Notes under the pieces: model-generated
The model's input: only the letters and a program-made list of their open reading frames with translations
Databases searched by the model: none
Told to the model about the DNA's origin: nothing
NCBI GenBank assembly: GCA_018985225.1
Contig: JADGIF010000024.1
Coordinates: forward strand, 3,606-35,605
Length of the DNA: 32,000 nt
Direction: 5' to 3'
Origin: Amoeboradix gromovi X-113
Lineage: Eukaryota; Fungi; Sanchytriomycota
Made by a program: the position numbers and the translations under genes
In this document: piece by piece, positions 10,701 to 19,999 of the stretch
Numbering within the stretch: position 1 is the first letter of the stretch
Layout: every line of letters begins with the position of its first letter

Positions 10701-13547
10701 TTGCTTTGCTAGCTGTTCTATGTTGCTAAAATTGCAGTAAAATGCACATTTGTTGAGGATGTAGTCATTTAGCGACCATGTAGGATCTATGGCTGGGTTA
10801 GAGAATACTCCGAACCAGGCCAAAATGCTACCGGTAAGCATAGTAGCTAGAGTAGGTGTGACGGAAGAGCTCGCAGGCGTCGCTAGCAATAGATCATAAA
10901 TCATGTCAAACCTATCCTTGCGATGTATTTTACTGAAGTAATGCAAAATCTGCACAAGAGACTGTACTTCAGGGTCATCTAGTTTGATAAGCTCACAGGT
11001 TTGTTTACTAGTCAAAGATTGCAACAAGTCACTGATAATCTCGTCAATTGCTGTCAAATCACTAGTACTAGTTCTCTGCTCCTGCTCTACTACATCATCG
11101 TAAACTAGCGGAATTGAAATTTTGTTAATGATAAAAAAGTGCAGCCTGTTCAAAATAACGGTCACAATATCAGCACGATTGAGTAGTAAGTATTGATGAA
11201 TGATAAAAGGATGATACTCCGGTAAAGGGCTTGAGAGATTAGATATGTAGTCAAGAATTGGAACAATCCCCTGGTAAGGCATAGAACTGTTGGTACTAAT
11301 GTTGTTGGTCTTCAATATGCTCAAATGCTGCTTGTTCATTATACATATGCTACCATTAAAGAGCCAAGTTAATCTGCAGTTGAGAGTGCTGTTGATGCTG
11401 ATACTGCTTATGATGGTATATTCATTAACAAAGGAGCAAACGTAAATATGGGTCATTGTAGCTACAGCAATAACCTGTGAATCATTGTTAGTGATCCAGT
11501 CCACAGCACAGATATTGGCGTTACTACTGCCAAGGGCGAATGAAAGAGAGTTTATAAAAATCATTTGATAGTCCATACTTATGTGGTAAAATGAGATGCG
11601 GTCCTCGTATATTATTGCTATACAGCCAGGACATGATCTGACAAATTGCACGCCATCAGAAACTGGATACTGAGACAATATGGAAATATTATCAGCATTA
11701 GATTCATCGGTAATTGTAAAGCATATCAATAACTGGTCATAAATACCACAAAACAGAGGAATAGTAGTAGGGTTGGCGCTGTAAAACGTGCTTGTAAACA
11801 ATCTGTTAATATGGCAAATAGAGTGCTTAAATTGTGACTTTATAGTGAAATCAGCATCATTGACATCGGCTAGAGTAGCAAGTGTGCAAATATGAATAGA
11901 ATCAGTATTGGCCAGGAAGAGCAAGAGCTGAAGGTTGTCTAGGTGCGAGCTAGGTGGATTGATAAATAAATGATAATCGGTATAATCAAAAGGAATGTAA
12001 CACTTGCTGAACAGCTGCAATGATGGTTTGTTGTTGATATATACAATGTGGTAGACGTAGCATTTAAAGTGGGCAAAAATGATAAAAGCAGGATCATTGG
12101 GGATCCATTTAATAGATCTGGGTAAAGTTTTATCAATATTCAATTTGCCGATTTCTATAAGCAGATGATCAACAACTTGCCAGACGATAACATCAGAATC
12201 CCGGTAAGAGATAAGAAACGGGAATAAATGGTCAGGATGACGTATAAAGCCAAAATACTTGACTGTATTACAAACTATATGACCCTGATAATTGGCAATG
12301 AGTTCAAAAGTGCTGCTGGAGTGTTGTTTAAGGAACGACTCAATAAAATCAACATGGTATACATGAATATGACCATTCATTAGGTTCTGGCCAATAAAGT
12401 ATAGCTTGTAAGGACTCATTTCTTCATCTAGAACCACTGGGGGCGCAGCATGATAAGTGTGAATTGTAGATAAAAAGTAGGATGAGTCAGAGTCAACATC
12501 TGGCTTGTCAACAGGATTAAACGCGTACACGTTTAAGAGATTCACAACACGAGCAATGCTACGGGGAGTGGTCTGCATATTAAGTAAGGACCACACAAGC
12601 AAATTCCCATTGCTTGAAATGCCAAATATCAATACTGGATGTTCATGCATCAACAATTGCACTTTTTGCTGCCAATAATGAAGAGTTTCATCTTGCAATA
12701 AGGATGGATTTGGAAGATTGTAGTTCATAAAGGTCATTTCATCCTGCTGTCTAGTAGGTGTTAAATGCTTGACATTGGAGGTGTCCAGCATTCTAGACAA
12801 TACTGATTTGCTTAACCAATGGAGCGATATGTAGTTATTGTTATTGGAAAACTTAGAAGGTTCAATTAAACAAGTGAGGCATAATCTATTTTCGTCTTCT
12901 TGATAAATTCTGGTAGTCATATCCATGCAATTGGTAAGTAGTATGTGCCCGTCGTTCTTCCACTCAACATGAACAACTGGTTTAGGATGTTTTAGATAAG
13001 CAAAAGAATAGTCAATCCGCTTGCCGCGTAGTAATGCATGTTTGAGGCTCCATACTTTCAGAAGATGATCCTGGTAGCCGCTAGTTATTATAAATTTACC
13101 ATCCTCGGTACAAGATAATAAATAAATAGGAAAAGGCATTCTAGAACGGAAAACAACATGCAGGTCGTGATTGCAAACCACAAAATCATTACTTCCTACA
13201 AAAACAAATTGGTTAGAACTGCTTATTTTATTAACAGTAGAGCCAAGACTAACTTTGCATATTAACTGGCCTTCTAGAGACAAAGAAGCAATTTGATCGT
13301 CAAATGATATAAAAATTGTGTTATTATATGAAGATATTGACGTTATGGGGCTACAATTCGTATTACCAATCATGTCAGCCGTAAAAGTCCCTACATATTC
13401 TATTTTGAACTCACATTTATACACTATGAGATAGGATCCTGTAGCATATACCAGATTGTTTTTACTAGTTAAAATAAACGCAGACGGATTGGGTTGACCA
13501 GCTATTGTGTACATGATATTCTCATTCAAGGCAGCAAATTCAGACAT
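7776..13547 (-). CDS. RAV1: RAVE complex subunit Rav1 / DmX-like (Rabconnectin-3 alpha) WD40 protein, ~1920 aa
   Basis: N-terminal WD40s (YSFAYLKHPKPVVHVEWK, LLTNCMDMTTRIY), Rav1p_C core (IEQLAKQEY, ALTATKNAYVLLSKQRYLMAVSFFLLG) and a DMXL-type C-terminal WD40 propeller. First in-frame ATG judged plausible is 13547 (alternative 13514, MYTIAGQPN); the exact start is uncertain. Confidence 0.9.
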   Translation of the reverse strand: MSEFAALNENIMYTIAGQPNPSAFILTSKNNLVYATGSYLIVYKCEFKIEYVGTFTADMIGNTNCSPITSISSYNNTIFISFDDQIASLSLEGQLICKVSLGSTVNKISSSNQFVFVGSNDFVVCNHDLHVVFRSRMPFPIYLLSCTEDGKFIITSGYQDHLLKVWSLKHALLRGKRIDYSFAYLKHPKPVVHVEWKNDGHILLTNCMDMTTRIYQEDENRLCLTCLIEPSKFSNNNNYISLHWLSKSVLSRMLDTSNVKHLTPTRQQDEMTFMNYNLPNPSLLQDETLHYWQQKVQLLMHEHPVLIFGISSNGNLLVWSLLNMQTTPRSIARVVNLLNVYAFNPVDKPDVDSDSSYFLSTIHTYHAAPPVVLDEEMSPYKLYFIGQNLMNGHIHVYHVDFIESFLKQHSSSTFELIANYQGHIVCNTVKYFGFIRHPDHLFPFLISYRDSDVIVWQVVDHLLIEIGKLNIDKTLPRSIKWIPNDPAFIIFAHFKCYVYHIVYINNKPSLQLFSKCYIPFDYTDYHLFINPPSSHLDNLQLLLFLANTDSIHICTLATLADVNDADFTIKSQFKHSICHINRLFTSTFYSANPTTIPLFCGIYDQLLICFTITDESNADNISILSQYPVSDGVQFVRSCPGCIAIIYEDRISFYHISMDYQMIFINSLSFALGSSNANICAVDWITNNDSQVIAVATMTHIYVCSFVNEYTIISSISINSTLNCRLTWLFNGSICIMNKQHLSILKTNNISTNSSMPYQGIVPILDYISNLSSPLPEYHPFIIHQYLLLNRADIVTVILNRLHFFIINKISIPLVYDDVVEQEQRTSTSDLTAIDEIISDLLQSLTSKQTCELIKLDDPEVQSLVQILHYFSKIHRKDRFDMIYDLLLATPASSSVTPTLATMLTGSILAWFGVFSNPAIDPTWSLNDYILNKCAFYCNFSNIEQLAKQEYIKSKNIELVMILYLGLNRNNNKINIIAMLWKHSTLPDANKMVLFLKSYIASPSALTATKNAYVLLSKQRYLMAVSFFLLGTEYESAIMVLLNHCEMDDLALILATALDNKALINTVLNHISSSGNAYIQALCLYKLNNKTACINVLNKINKDNVGHNLLNPMYAYIISNHVEPNSVNIYSSANYYKQYNQLLGLVAASNTSSATSIMANSLSGLINNVLSALSAHVELKLSNSSVDYKNRITNSINRICTILDIEQSVFNEYMTWYCMHAHLFTLYYEIVELNTCATAASIASSTSTFNEQLLLYSTRLLNQCDTGNTQSSSLYQYLSINGINLLATIIDCCDNNSAVINQITCTCITLLINVYMELKEYYKIAIILQNSLSIFALLNQQMLVELKVILQQVYTNINSNDKEEPLFPNTVSGRESKQVLDLLIYRFIMHHMLNQSQREEEQINRHTGQVLVEQQQSNQFISRLIHPIMIKCLELENESSKNKIYDFGNYYNNLQYSSMQDVWELCYTWASQQGLIKNLTNKQSLQPNTNIVIENAIIEENVHDLVKLQTVIFASGINVVNDNELVICTSKGIYEIDVNYAWCCYMDVDTDQCSVSSKTNDGIPKNQLEESLTQISSQAELEEYHPTNTPPMSAPMSGGHSPNVGSPTGTLPRNASFLNAFHRKKTDSQSISESFINEVVKLNRPIVCKELAINPKYKIYACEQQNTPNTSNSWSMTNTNTSSIGVYQFNTSKVIIEFVLRNPQVKINFDPFGEKFGCWSVDGHLLLYDLVHGKTPVMENQLNYRVGNDFCFLNSGTLLAVSGKQNGGKIGIYDSLLPQNRAEVETYSISEHCTYRIGYHNNQLISVGKKGEITVIDIRQHKIIDTFHAHNSSINTMLINEDLDSFMTGSVEGSLKQFSLDSHDCIRNYKKLHSTKFMGALEKSGISSICQSHLNVYTTGYDGHIKFIRKGALKVQLPEDGVS

Positions 13548-14132
13548 GGGGGTATCAAAAATGAAAATATAGACTTGAAATCCAAGCAAGTAAGTCAGAT
13601 TATAAACAAACTGCGTCCTTGCACATACAGTTATCATGTCTGGCAATACCAGTATGATAGGTTAACTCAAACATTTACCTAAAACAATGGGACGTCTCTA
13701 CCAAAGTAAACTGGAAGCGTAAAAGGATGAAAATAAGAAGAAAAAAGGATTGGCTAATTTGATACCCTAAACATTTACAAAGAATTGCCAGAACTAACCG
13801 TCTAGTTCAATTGAATGAAACATTCTTCGCGATTATATGACTTTAATGTACTAATAATTCTTTTTGCAAATACATTCAATGTCATAAAAGCTCAGTATTA
13901 TTTCTTTTCATTCATTGAAATGGGTCCAGCTCTTCAGTTCTTGTATGTGTCAATTCTATTGATATCGCTAATAGAGAGAATACAGAAAATGGTTTTATTT
14001 GTACATGTCCTTGTACAATTCCGCCTTAGTGTAGCAGAGCCCGCGCAATTGCTTCAATAGATTGACTGTATTTTTGGCTCCGCTGTAAATGTTCTGAAAA
14101 TTCTGAGATATTAGGCCATAGGCAAGTAGCAA

Positions 14133-14606
14133 TTGGGACACCAAATATAAATACTAGACCATGTCGTTTTCAAAGTAGGTGCTCCATAAGGAGGAAATAC
14201 TATTATGAATAAAAGTCCTTCTCCCAAACCAATTTTCTTTCATTAATGTCATTCCTCTCTTTATAATGAACAAGATGACCCACTATCTTTCAAATAGCAA
14301 AGGTCTTTGAGTGTATAAGCAAATAGTGATCACTTTATCTTCTTTAGTCACTTCATTCTTCAAATCTCATAAAATCATTTCCATTTTAGATAATCTTGAT
14401 CCATATTTTGTAAATTTTCATTGACAATAATCTGGATGACTAAATTCTTTCATAATGCCATGATAATTATAGTTAATAATTCTAATAGTTTCTTCAATAC
14501 TACTAGCTCTAGATAATTGTTCTAAACAGTCTTTAAGCCAAGGAATAACAAACTGACTAGCAAGTAAGAGCGATACATGATATCGAGTTTTCGCCCAGTA
14601 TACGGC
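14133..14606 (-). mobile_element. Decayed copy A of a TIR element family (one TIR plus ORF remnant)
   Basis: 14134-14161 TGGGACACCAAATATAAATACTAGACCA matches the TIR of the 18815-19168 element (24/28). About 250 bp is collinear with that element. The minus-strand frame ends at TAG 14154-14156 inside the TIR. No second TIR was found. Confidence 0.6.
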
Positions 14607-14689
14607 TTATATAATAGGGCATTTCTGCTCAGCTGCTTCTAATTTTTTGAAACTTTTGTTTTATAAAGTTAACTTAGTTCCTGTAGATC

Positions 14690-16696
14690 ATGCCCCCAAT
14701 GGATAGGCTGGATAATATTCTTGGATGGTTTAGTGCTGATAAAGAAGAAGTGCTGCTAGATACCACCCAACGATGCTATAGAAACACTGTAAGAGTAATT
14801 CAAGAATCCATTCAGTTAGCAAGTGTGGACAAAATCATTAGATTGAAAGACACTAATATTGCTGTGAATTTAGAGCAGTTGAGTCAAGTCTTTAGTAACA
14901 AAAAGAGATCACAGTCCATAGATTATTTGCTGAAAGCCAATTGTGTTGATATTATGGGATCACTAGCAATTCAAGATAAACCCAAAGGCGTACTATTCGA
15001 ATTCCTAATGTTTCTGGGGAATATAATTAGAGAAATGCCACTGGTTCTTATATCCAGTTTTGAAATACATCAACCAATTATGAGAATATTATGGCAAATT
15101 GATAAAATACCATACAAAGAACCTTTATTGCAATTGATACATGCTCTGACTAGTAAAATAAGAGTAAATCCTCGATTGTTCCACATATTCTTTTACAAAA
15201 TGTCATTTCAAGTTAAGTCTTCTTTGGCAAAATCAATGAAAGACGTAAAATCGATCTTAATGTTAAAGGAGAATGAGTGGGTTTGCCCATTAATGACGCC
15301 CATATTGCTGAATATACACACTAGTAACACACTAGGCGATGTGGCAAGACACGCTCTGGTTGATTTACTCTCGATTTCACATTTGGAACATTTAGACTCG
15401 ATGACATTGGATTGCTGGATCAAATTCTTGTTTGAAAGTGATTTGGGAGGTTTTATATATAGCGGTATAGTGCAGCAATGGCGCGACTCCACTCAATTGG
15501 TAACTGATATACAGAATGATCAGTTACCCCCAGATGCTTTAATTAACATTTTACTACTTGTCGAGCAGTTGATGCGAATGAAGATTAGGTTAGAGATCAA
15601 GTTAGAATGTCTAAGGTGCTGTAAAGAAGCATTTCTGCACGCCGCTGGTGACATGGTCAGATTAATAAGCGAATTTTCAAATGTCGCTAATGAAGTCAGA
15701 TTAAGAAAGTGTATCGATTTGACATGTAAAATAACGACAGTTCTAACCTCAAGTACGACTACTAATCAGTTAAAAGCTGAATTTATCATAATATCACGTT
15801 TGAATGGGTTCCATGGTGATATAAATGGTGAGGATGTCTATGTATTCAATTGGACAGGATCACTGGGTAGATTATTCGTAGAATCAACTTGTTTGGGTAC
15901 CAAAATACCAGGCATACTGCAGATTGGTGATTTTAAGCAATCTTTTACTGAAGTAATGGACCTACAAAGGATCCAAATTCCGAGTGGACCATTGCCTATA
16001 CCACTAATAGTTGACATTTTAACCTGCTTTGAAAAAGACAGAAATCTGTATCCACTCTCTAAACTCTGCAATGTCAGAAATGCAGAGTCGTTGAGTATTT
16101 TATCAGTTTTATTTGACAATTTGAATGAATTACAACAGTCGCCAATATTTATTCGGTACAAATATTTGCTGATGTTGTTAATAAGGAATCATGGTACTTC
16201 GTTTGTAGTGTCTTATATCCCTGAATCGTCGAAAAAAACTTATGATTTTAACCAGTACAATAAACAACGCGAGCTGTGTTGGCTATTGTTAGCTGAGCTA
16301 AGCGGCGAATTGACTGAAAGCGTAGCATCCGCTAGTCTGGACAGATACATGAACGAAACACAAACTACAGAAGTTGAGATATTTAGATCCGATGGTGTAG
16401 CTACTTTTGATGATAACTTGTTTTTAGATTTCATATTTACAAGCTTGGCAAGCATCCACGAGGACGATCATCAAAATGCTCTGATCATCTTGTCAATAAT
16501 CTCAGGATTGTGCAATACAGATTATAAATTAGCAGATTATATTTTTAACAGGGTGCTACCTATATGTGCAGAGTTGCTGATGAGCGTTAAATTAATGAAC
16601 AAGAATCACCCGTTTAAAAAGATTGTAATAGACAGCACATTCGAGTTATTGAGTATTTGGAGAAAGAGGGGTTTTATGTACTACAAGAGCGAATAG
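14690..16696 (+). CDS. FHIP/FAM160 (RAI16-like) FTS-Hook interacting protein
   Basis: The N-terminal pattern DYLLKANCVDIMGSLA..DKPKGV..HQPIMRIL..LIHALTSKIRVNPRLFHIFF, then NIHTSNTLGDVARHAL, is typical of FAM160/FHIP. 668-aa ORF. Confidence 0.8.
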   Translation: MPPMDRLDNILGWFSADKEEVLLDTTQRCYRNTVRVIQESIQLASVDKIIRLKDTNIAVNLEQLSQVFSNKKRSQSIDYLLKANCVDIMGSLAIQDKPKGVLFEFLMFLGNIIREMPLVLISSFEIHQPIMRILWQIDKIPYKEPLLQLIHALTSKIRVNPRLFHIFFYKMSFQVKSSLAKSMKDVKSILMLKENEWVCPLMTPILLNIHTSNTLGDVARHALVDLLSISHLEHLDSMTLDCWIKFLFESDLGGFIYSGIVQQWRDSTQLVTDIQNDQLPPDALINILLLVEQLMRMKIRLEIKLECLRCCKEAFLHAAGDMVRLISEFSNVANEVRLRKCIDLTCKITTVLTSSTTTNQLKAEFIIISRLNGFHGDINGEDVYVFNWTGSLGRLFVESTCLGTKIPGILQIGDFKQSFTEVMDLQRIQIPSGPLPIPLIVDILTCFEKDRNLYPLSKLCNVRNAESLSILSVLFDNLNELQQSPIFIRYKYLLMLLIRNHGTSFVVSYIPESSKKTYDFNQYNKQRELCWLLLAELSGELTESVASASLDRYMNETQTTEVEIFRSDGVATFDDNLFLDFIFTSLASIHEDDHQNALIILSIISGLCNTDYKLADYIFNRVLPICAELLMSVKLMNKNHPFKKIVIDSTFELLSIWRKRGFMYYKSE

Positions 16697-16769
16697 GAAA
16701 AATAAATAATGTTGCATTTAAGCTGAACTATCTACTTTTCAGTCTGCAAGCTAAAAAACTAGCATAGAA

Positions 16770-18788
16770 CTATTCATTTATTATTTTATCTAAACTACAT
16801 ATTGCAAAGTGTACTTTACTTTCCAATCCACTCATTTGATTAATAAATTCGGATGCATTACTAATCTTGCTAATATGACAGTTGTTCAACCCATTTGCCT
16901 GTAGTAATACGTTAATCCATGCGTTCAAATATTCAAACTTATTTGTAAAGCCCTTGGCGTCGATGAATATGTTGATCATCTTTAATCGTAAAGATTCATC
17001 TAGACATCTTAATGCTACATCTACCATTGGCGCGCTATTGCTTAGTAATTTATCAATTAGTTTATGCACATTTTCCCTATAGTTAGCCTCTTCACAAGCG
17101 TTGATAAGAGCAGGCAGCTCTTTGATGGGTTGCTCACCAATTACTTGTCCGATATCAGCATCGCCTTCATCTTCTTGCGCTTGCTGTAGATCTCCCAAAA
17201 AGAAGGGAACATGCTTCTCTTCCGTATTACGCTGTTGGATCTTTTGCCAAAGCAGCACATTCTTCCATACACTCAAAGTAGAGCCCCAAGACAATCCTCT
17301 GATGTATTCTAACGGTTCATACTCAACGCTGTCCACTTCCGTCATTATAACATCATCACTCAACGTGGACAACGTGTCAATTGAAGACAATGATTCATCA
17401 TCCCGTTCCACATCTGACGCATTATCAACTGCAATGTTATTAGAAGGTGTATACATTAGTTTTATATCCCATGAAGAGCTTGGTAGCTTCCAAATTCTAA
17501 TGCCATCAAAATGCCTAATGACAAATTTATTTCTCCAATGCTGAATTTGCAATATATCTGAACCACAGTTTAAGTTCGTGCTTGTTATACCATTTGTGAT
17601 GACGTTGATCCTAAACACTGTGGTTGAATTCGCAAAATAAATTTCAAACTTATTACAACACGAGCCAACAATCTTATAATCCGATTTGCAAAGCAGCTTA
17701 GAATCAAATTGGCGGATTGTGTTCAATGAAAAATCATCCTCAATCTTATATACTGTAATCATCGATTGGCCTTGAGTTACTAAATATTTATTGAGAAAGT
17801 ACGCATCAGAGATATGACTGCTGTAGGATTTAAAAACTTTCAGATCCCAGTCCATTACATAAAGTTTACTTTTTGAAAAACCAGCAACAAAACTGCGGAT
17901 TGGGTGACTTACTACATGATCTAATTGCAGTTCCAATTCAGCATCTAAACGGCCACTTGTGGAATGAAACCGTTTTAGTTTGTCCGCGCACAGAAACACG
18001 TATTCGCCGCAACCGCTTACAAAAACGCGAAAATTGTTGTTTCTTCTAAACGGCAAATTCAGGTTCGTTGACTTTGTTTTGACGACTTTATAAAAATCAA
18101 AGTGGTAAAGGTCCAATGTATGTTTATAACTTGCAATAGTGTTATTGCCAATAGAATGAACATTAAAATGTAAATATTGAGCGGCCTTGGTTAAAAGATT
18201 AACCACTACAGTTTTGTCCTTTTGTGACTGGTAAATCTTATCTTCATGTAATAAAAATGGAGAACTGCTTAGAGGGAACACAACGCGTTGGTTAAATAAA
18301 TCATCATAATAAAACACCCCACAATCAGTATGAATTATCAGCAAATTCATGTATTCGTGAGCACTATAAGATCTGAGCGCAAAATTTTTTACAGGCAACA
18401 AATGCTGGTCAAATATTACTATCTCGCTCTCAAATTGAACAACTACAAACTGCTTGTATCGAATAGCAAATGAAATGCTTCTTTTTAAATCGTGCCAATC
18501 ATTAATTAATATCTTTGATTTCTGGACTTGCAACAGCTGAGAAGTGACATTTTCACGAACAAACTGGTCTAGAACACTATCCAGTCTATTACCTTTAAAG
18601 CAGTACACTTTTGCCTTTCCAAAAATATAAATTATGCCATTGTGAAACTCTACATCTGATATTATATCAGGCACTACTAGAACATGTTTAATAGTTGATT
18701 TCTGCAGACCAAACAAAGTGTTAGTACTAAAAAGCATAAGATACGGATGGCATACTTTCGAATGAGTGAAATTGAGATGCAAATTCAT
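16770..18788 (-). CDS. UTP21: SSU processome WD40 protein Utp21/WDR36, divergent and shortened (~672 aa)
   Basis: C-terminal Utp21 domain (WKNVLLWQKIQQRN..VPFFL, SAPMVDVALRCLD, KFEYLNAWINVLLQANG) and degenerate beta-propeller repeats (VSGCGEYVFL..RFHSTSG). First ATG is at 18788. Confidence 0.8.
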   Translation of the reverse strand: MNLHLNFTHSKVCHPYLMLFSTNTLFGLQKSTIKHVLVVPDIISDVEFHNGIIYIFGKAKVYCFKGNRLDSVLDQFVRENVTSQLLQVQKSKILINDWHDLKRSISFAIRYKQFVVVQFESEIVIFDQHLLPVKNFALRSYSAHEYMNLLIIHTDCGVFYYDDLFNQRVVFPLSSSPFLLHEDKIYQSQKDKTVVVNLLTKAAQYLHFNVHSIGNNTIASYKHTLDLYHFDFYKVVKTKSTNLNLPFRRNNNFRVFVSGCGEYVFLCADKLKRFHSTSGRLDAELELQLDHVVSHPIRSFVAGFSKSKLYVMDWDLKVFKSYSSHISDAYFLNKYLVTQGQSMITVYKIEDDFSLNTIRQFDSKLLCKSDYKIVGSCCNKFEIYFANSTTVFRINVITNGITSTNLNCGSDILQIQHWRNKFVIRHFDGIRIWKLPSSSWDIKLMYTPSNNIAVDNASDVERDDESLSSIDTLSTLSDDVIMTEVDSVEYEPLEYIRGLSWGSTLSVWKNVLLWQKIQQRNTEEKHVPFFLGDLQQAQEDEGDADIGQVIGEQPIKELPALINACEEANYRENVHKLIDKLLSNSAPMVDVALRCLDESLRLKMINIFIDAKGFTNKFEYLNAWINVLLQANGLNNCHISKISNASEFINQMSGLESKVHFAICSLDKIINE

Positions 18789-18814
18789 CCAGGTTTTATC
18801 CTTGAACACACACT

Positions 18815-19168
18815 AATGGGACATCAAATTTAAAAACTAGAATAACTCGTTTTTAAAGGAGGTGCTCCATACGGAGCAAATGCTATCATTAATAAAAGAT
18901 CTTCTTCTGTTATACCAAGATTCTCTCATTAATTGTATTCCTCTTTTTAAAATAAAACTAGAAGACCCTGCATCTCGTTCAAATATATGAGGTCTTTGAT
19001 CATCTCAGAGGTTTATTTGAAATAAGATTTATTTTCCTTTTATACTCGTCAACTCCGCAACTAGCTGAATGTCCACTCGCCTCTTAAATCCATAAAATTA
19101 ATATAGCTGAAATAATGTTCCAAGTTGTTACAGAAAGTTAGTCCAGTTTTTATATTTGATGTCCCATT
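18815..19168. mobile_element. Non-autonomous ~350-bp TIR DNA transposon (copy B), internally deleted
   Basis: 33-bp inverted repeats at 18815-18847 (AATGGGACATCAAATTTAAAAACTAGAATAACT) and 19136-19168, 30/33 identical. The interior is homologous to 14133-14400. If the termini are GGG..CCC (18818-19165), both flanks are AT. Confidence 0.75.
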
Positions 19169-19373
19169 TGCATAAAAGTTAAGAAATAGCATAGTTATTT
19201 TGTACACTGATGATAGAGCCAAAGTATTCTTGTCTTCATTGCTGTCTTTTGTATTTGAGCTGGCTTAGTGACTGCTTTCAAGTCACTGGAATAGTCTGAT
19301 AGCATTTGATTGAGTACTCATTTTAATGCTCGTTCCAAGAATTGCTTAGAAACGATAGACCAGCGTACCTCTT

Positions 19374-19805
19374 TTATTTTACAGTGTACAAGACGCCGCT
19401 GTATAAAATTACAATAAGCATGTTCATTATAATGCGTGGGAGTGTTAAATGCGAAACCAATACGCTAGCACAACGTGCGATCGCTTTGATATCATCTAAT
19501 ACCGATTTTCTACGTGGATTAATCAACCATCTATTTGAACATTCCATATCGACGGGTATTATTTCATTGTTTGCAATCTTCTTAATTCATTTGATAGTCA
19601 AAGCTACATTAGTCTTTTATGCAATATGTCTAGGAAATCTCTCTCACAGTTCTCCAGTACCCAGTTCTTCAAGTTTTAATGTGTTGCGATTATAAGCTGT
19701 AGCATTTACTTGAATATAAAATTCGTAAAACATATCTGCATTGGGAACATCTTTCGTCGTTCAAATGAAAAATCTTGTCAAAATAATTGCGTCTCAAGAA
19801 ATTGA
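19374..19805 (-). pseudogene. Decayed or alternatively coded ORF of unknown origin
   Basis: 144-codon minus-strand frame with four internal TGA, one internal TAA and no TAG. The plus-strand ORF 19342..19695 sits in the register of the antisense shadows seen over real genes here. Confidence 0.35.
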
Positions 19806-19999
19806 TTATAAAAATCGCGTTTGCACTTAAATAAGATGTGTAATGCCCGCATACCGAGGAATCTGTTCTTTTAACTTACCATATAACACAATGTAGTTGT
19901 ATTTCTAGTTTGAATTATTAACTGAGAAGTGAAGAGGTTAATTTGAATTCTAATGTGACCCATTGTCCTTGCATCTCAAGTAATAGATTTTGATAATTT

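Noticed and set aside
13930-14400. SNF2-helicase-like phrases (SKMEMIL..DKVI, EAIARA) in minus-strand frames
   Set aside because: They fall in different frames on both sides of a TIR boundary, and core helicase motifs are absent.
18837-18878. Helitron 3' end (hairpin followed by CTAG|T) in both element copies
   Set aside because: Homology continues about 20 bp past CTAG, and that stretch is part of a terminal inverted repeat, which favours a TIR element.
19207-19299. Possible C/D box snoRNA (TGATGA ... CTGA with internal AGTGACT/AGTCACT stem)
   Set aside because: Imperfect C box, no terminal stem and no convincing rRNA complementarity by eye.
19690-19915. USP His-box-like (GHYTSY..HLND) and GIY-YIG-like (YIVLY..RYAGIT) phrases
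   Set aside because: They are short, lie in competing frames and are flanked by stops, so they cannot be distinguished from chance.
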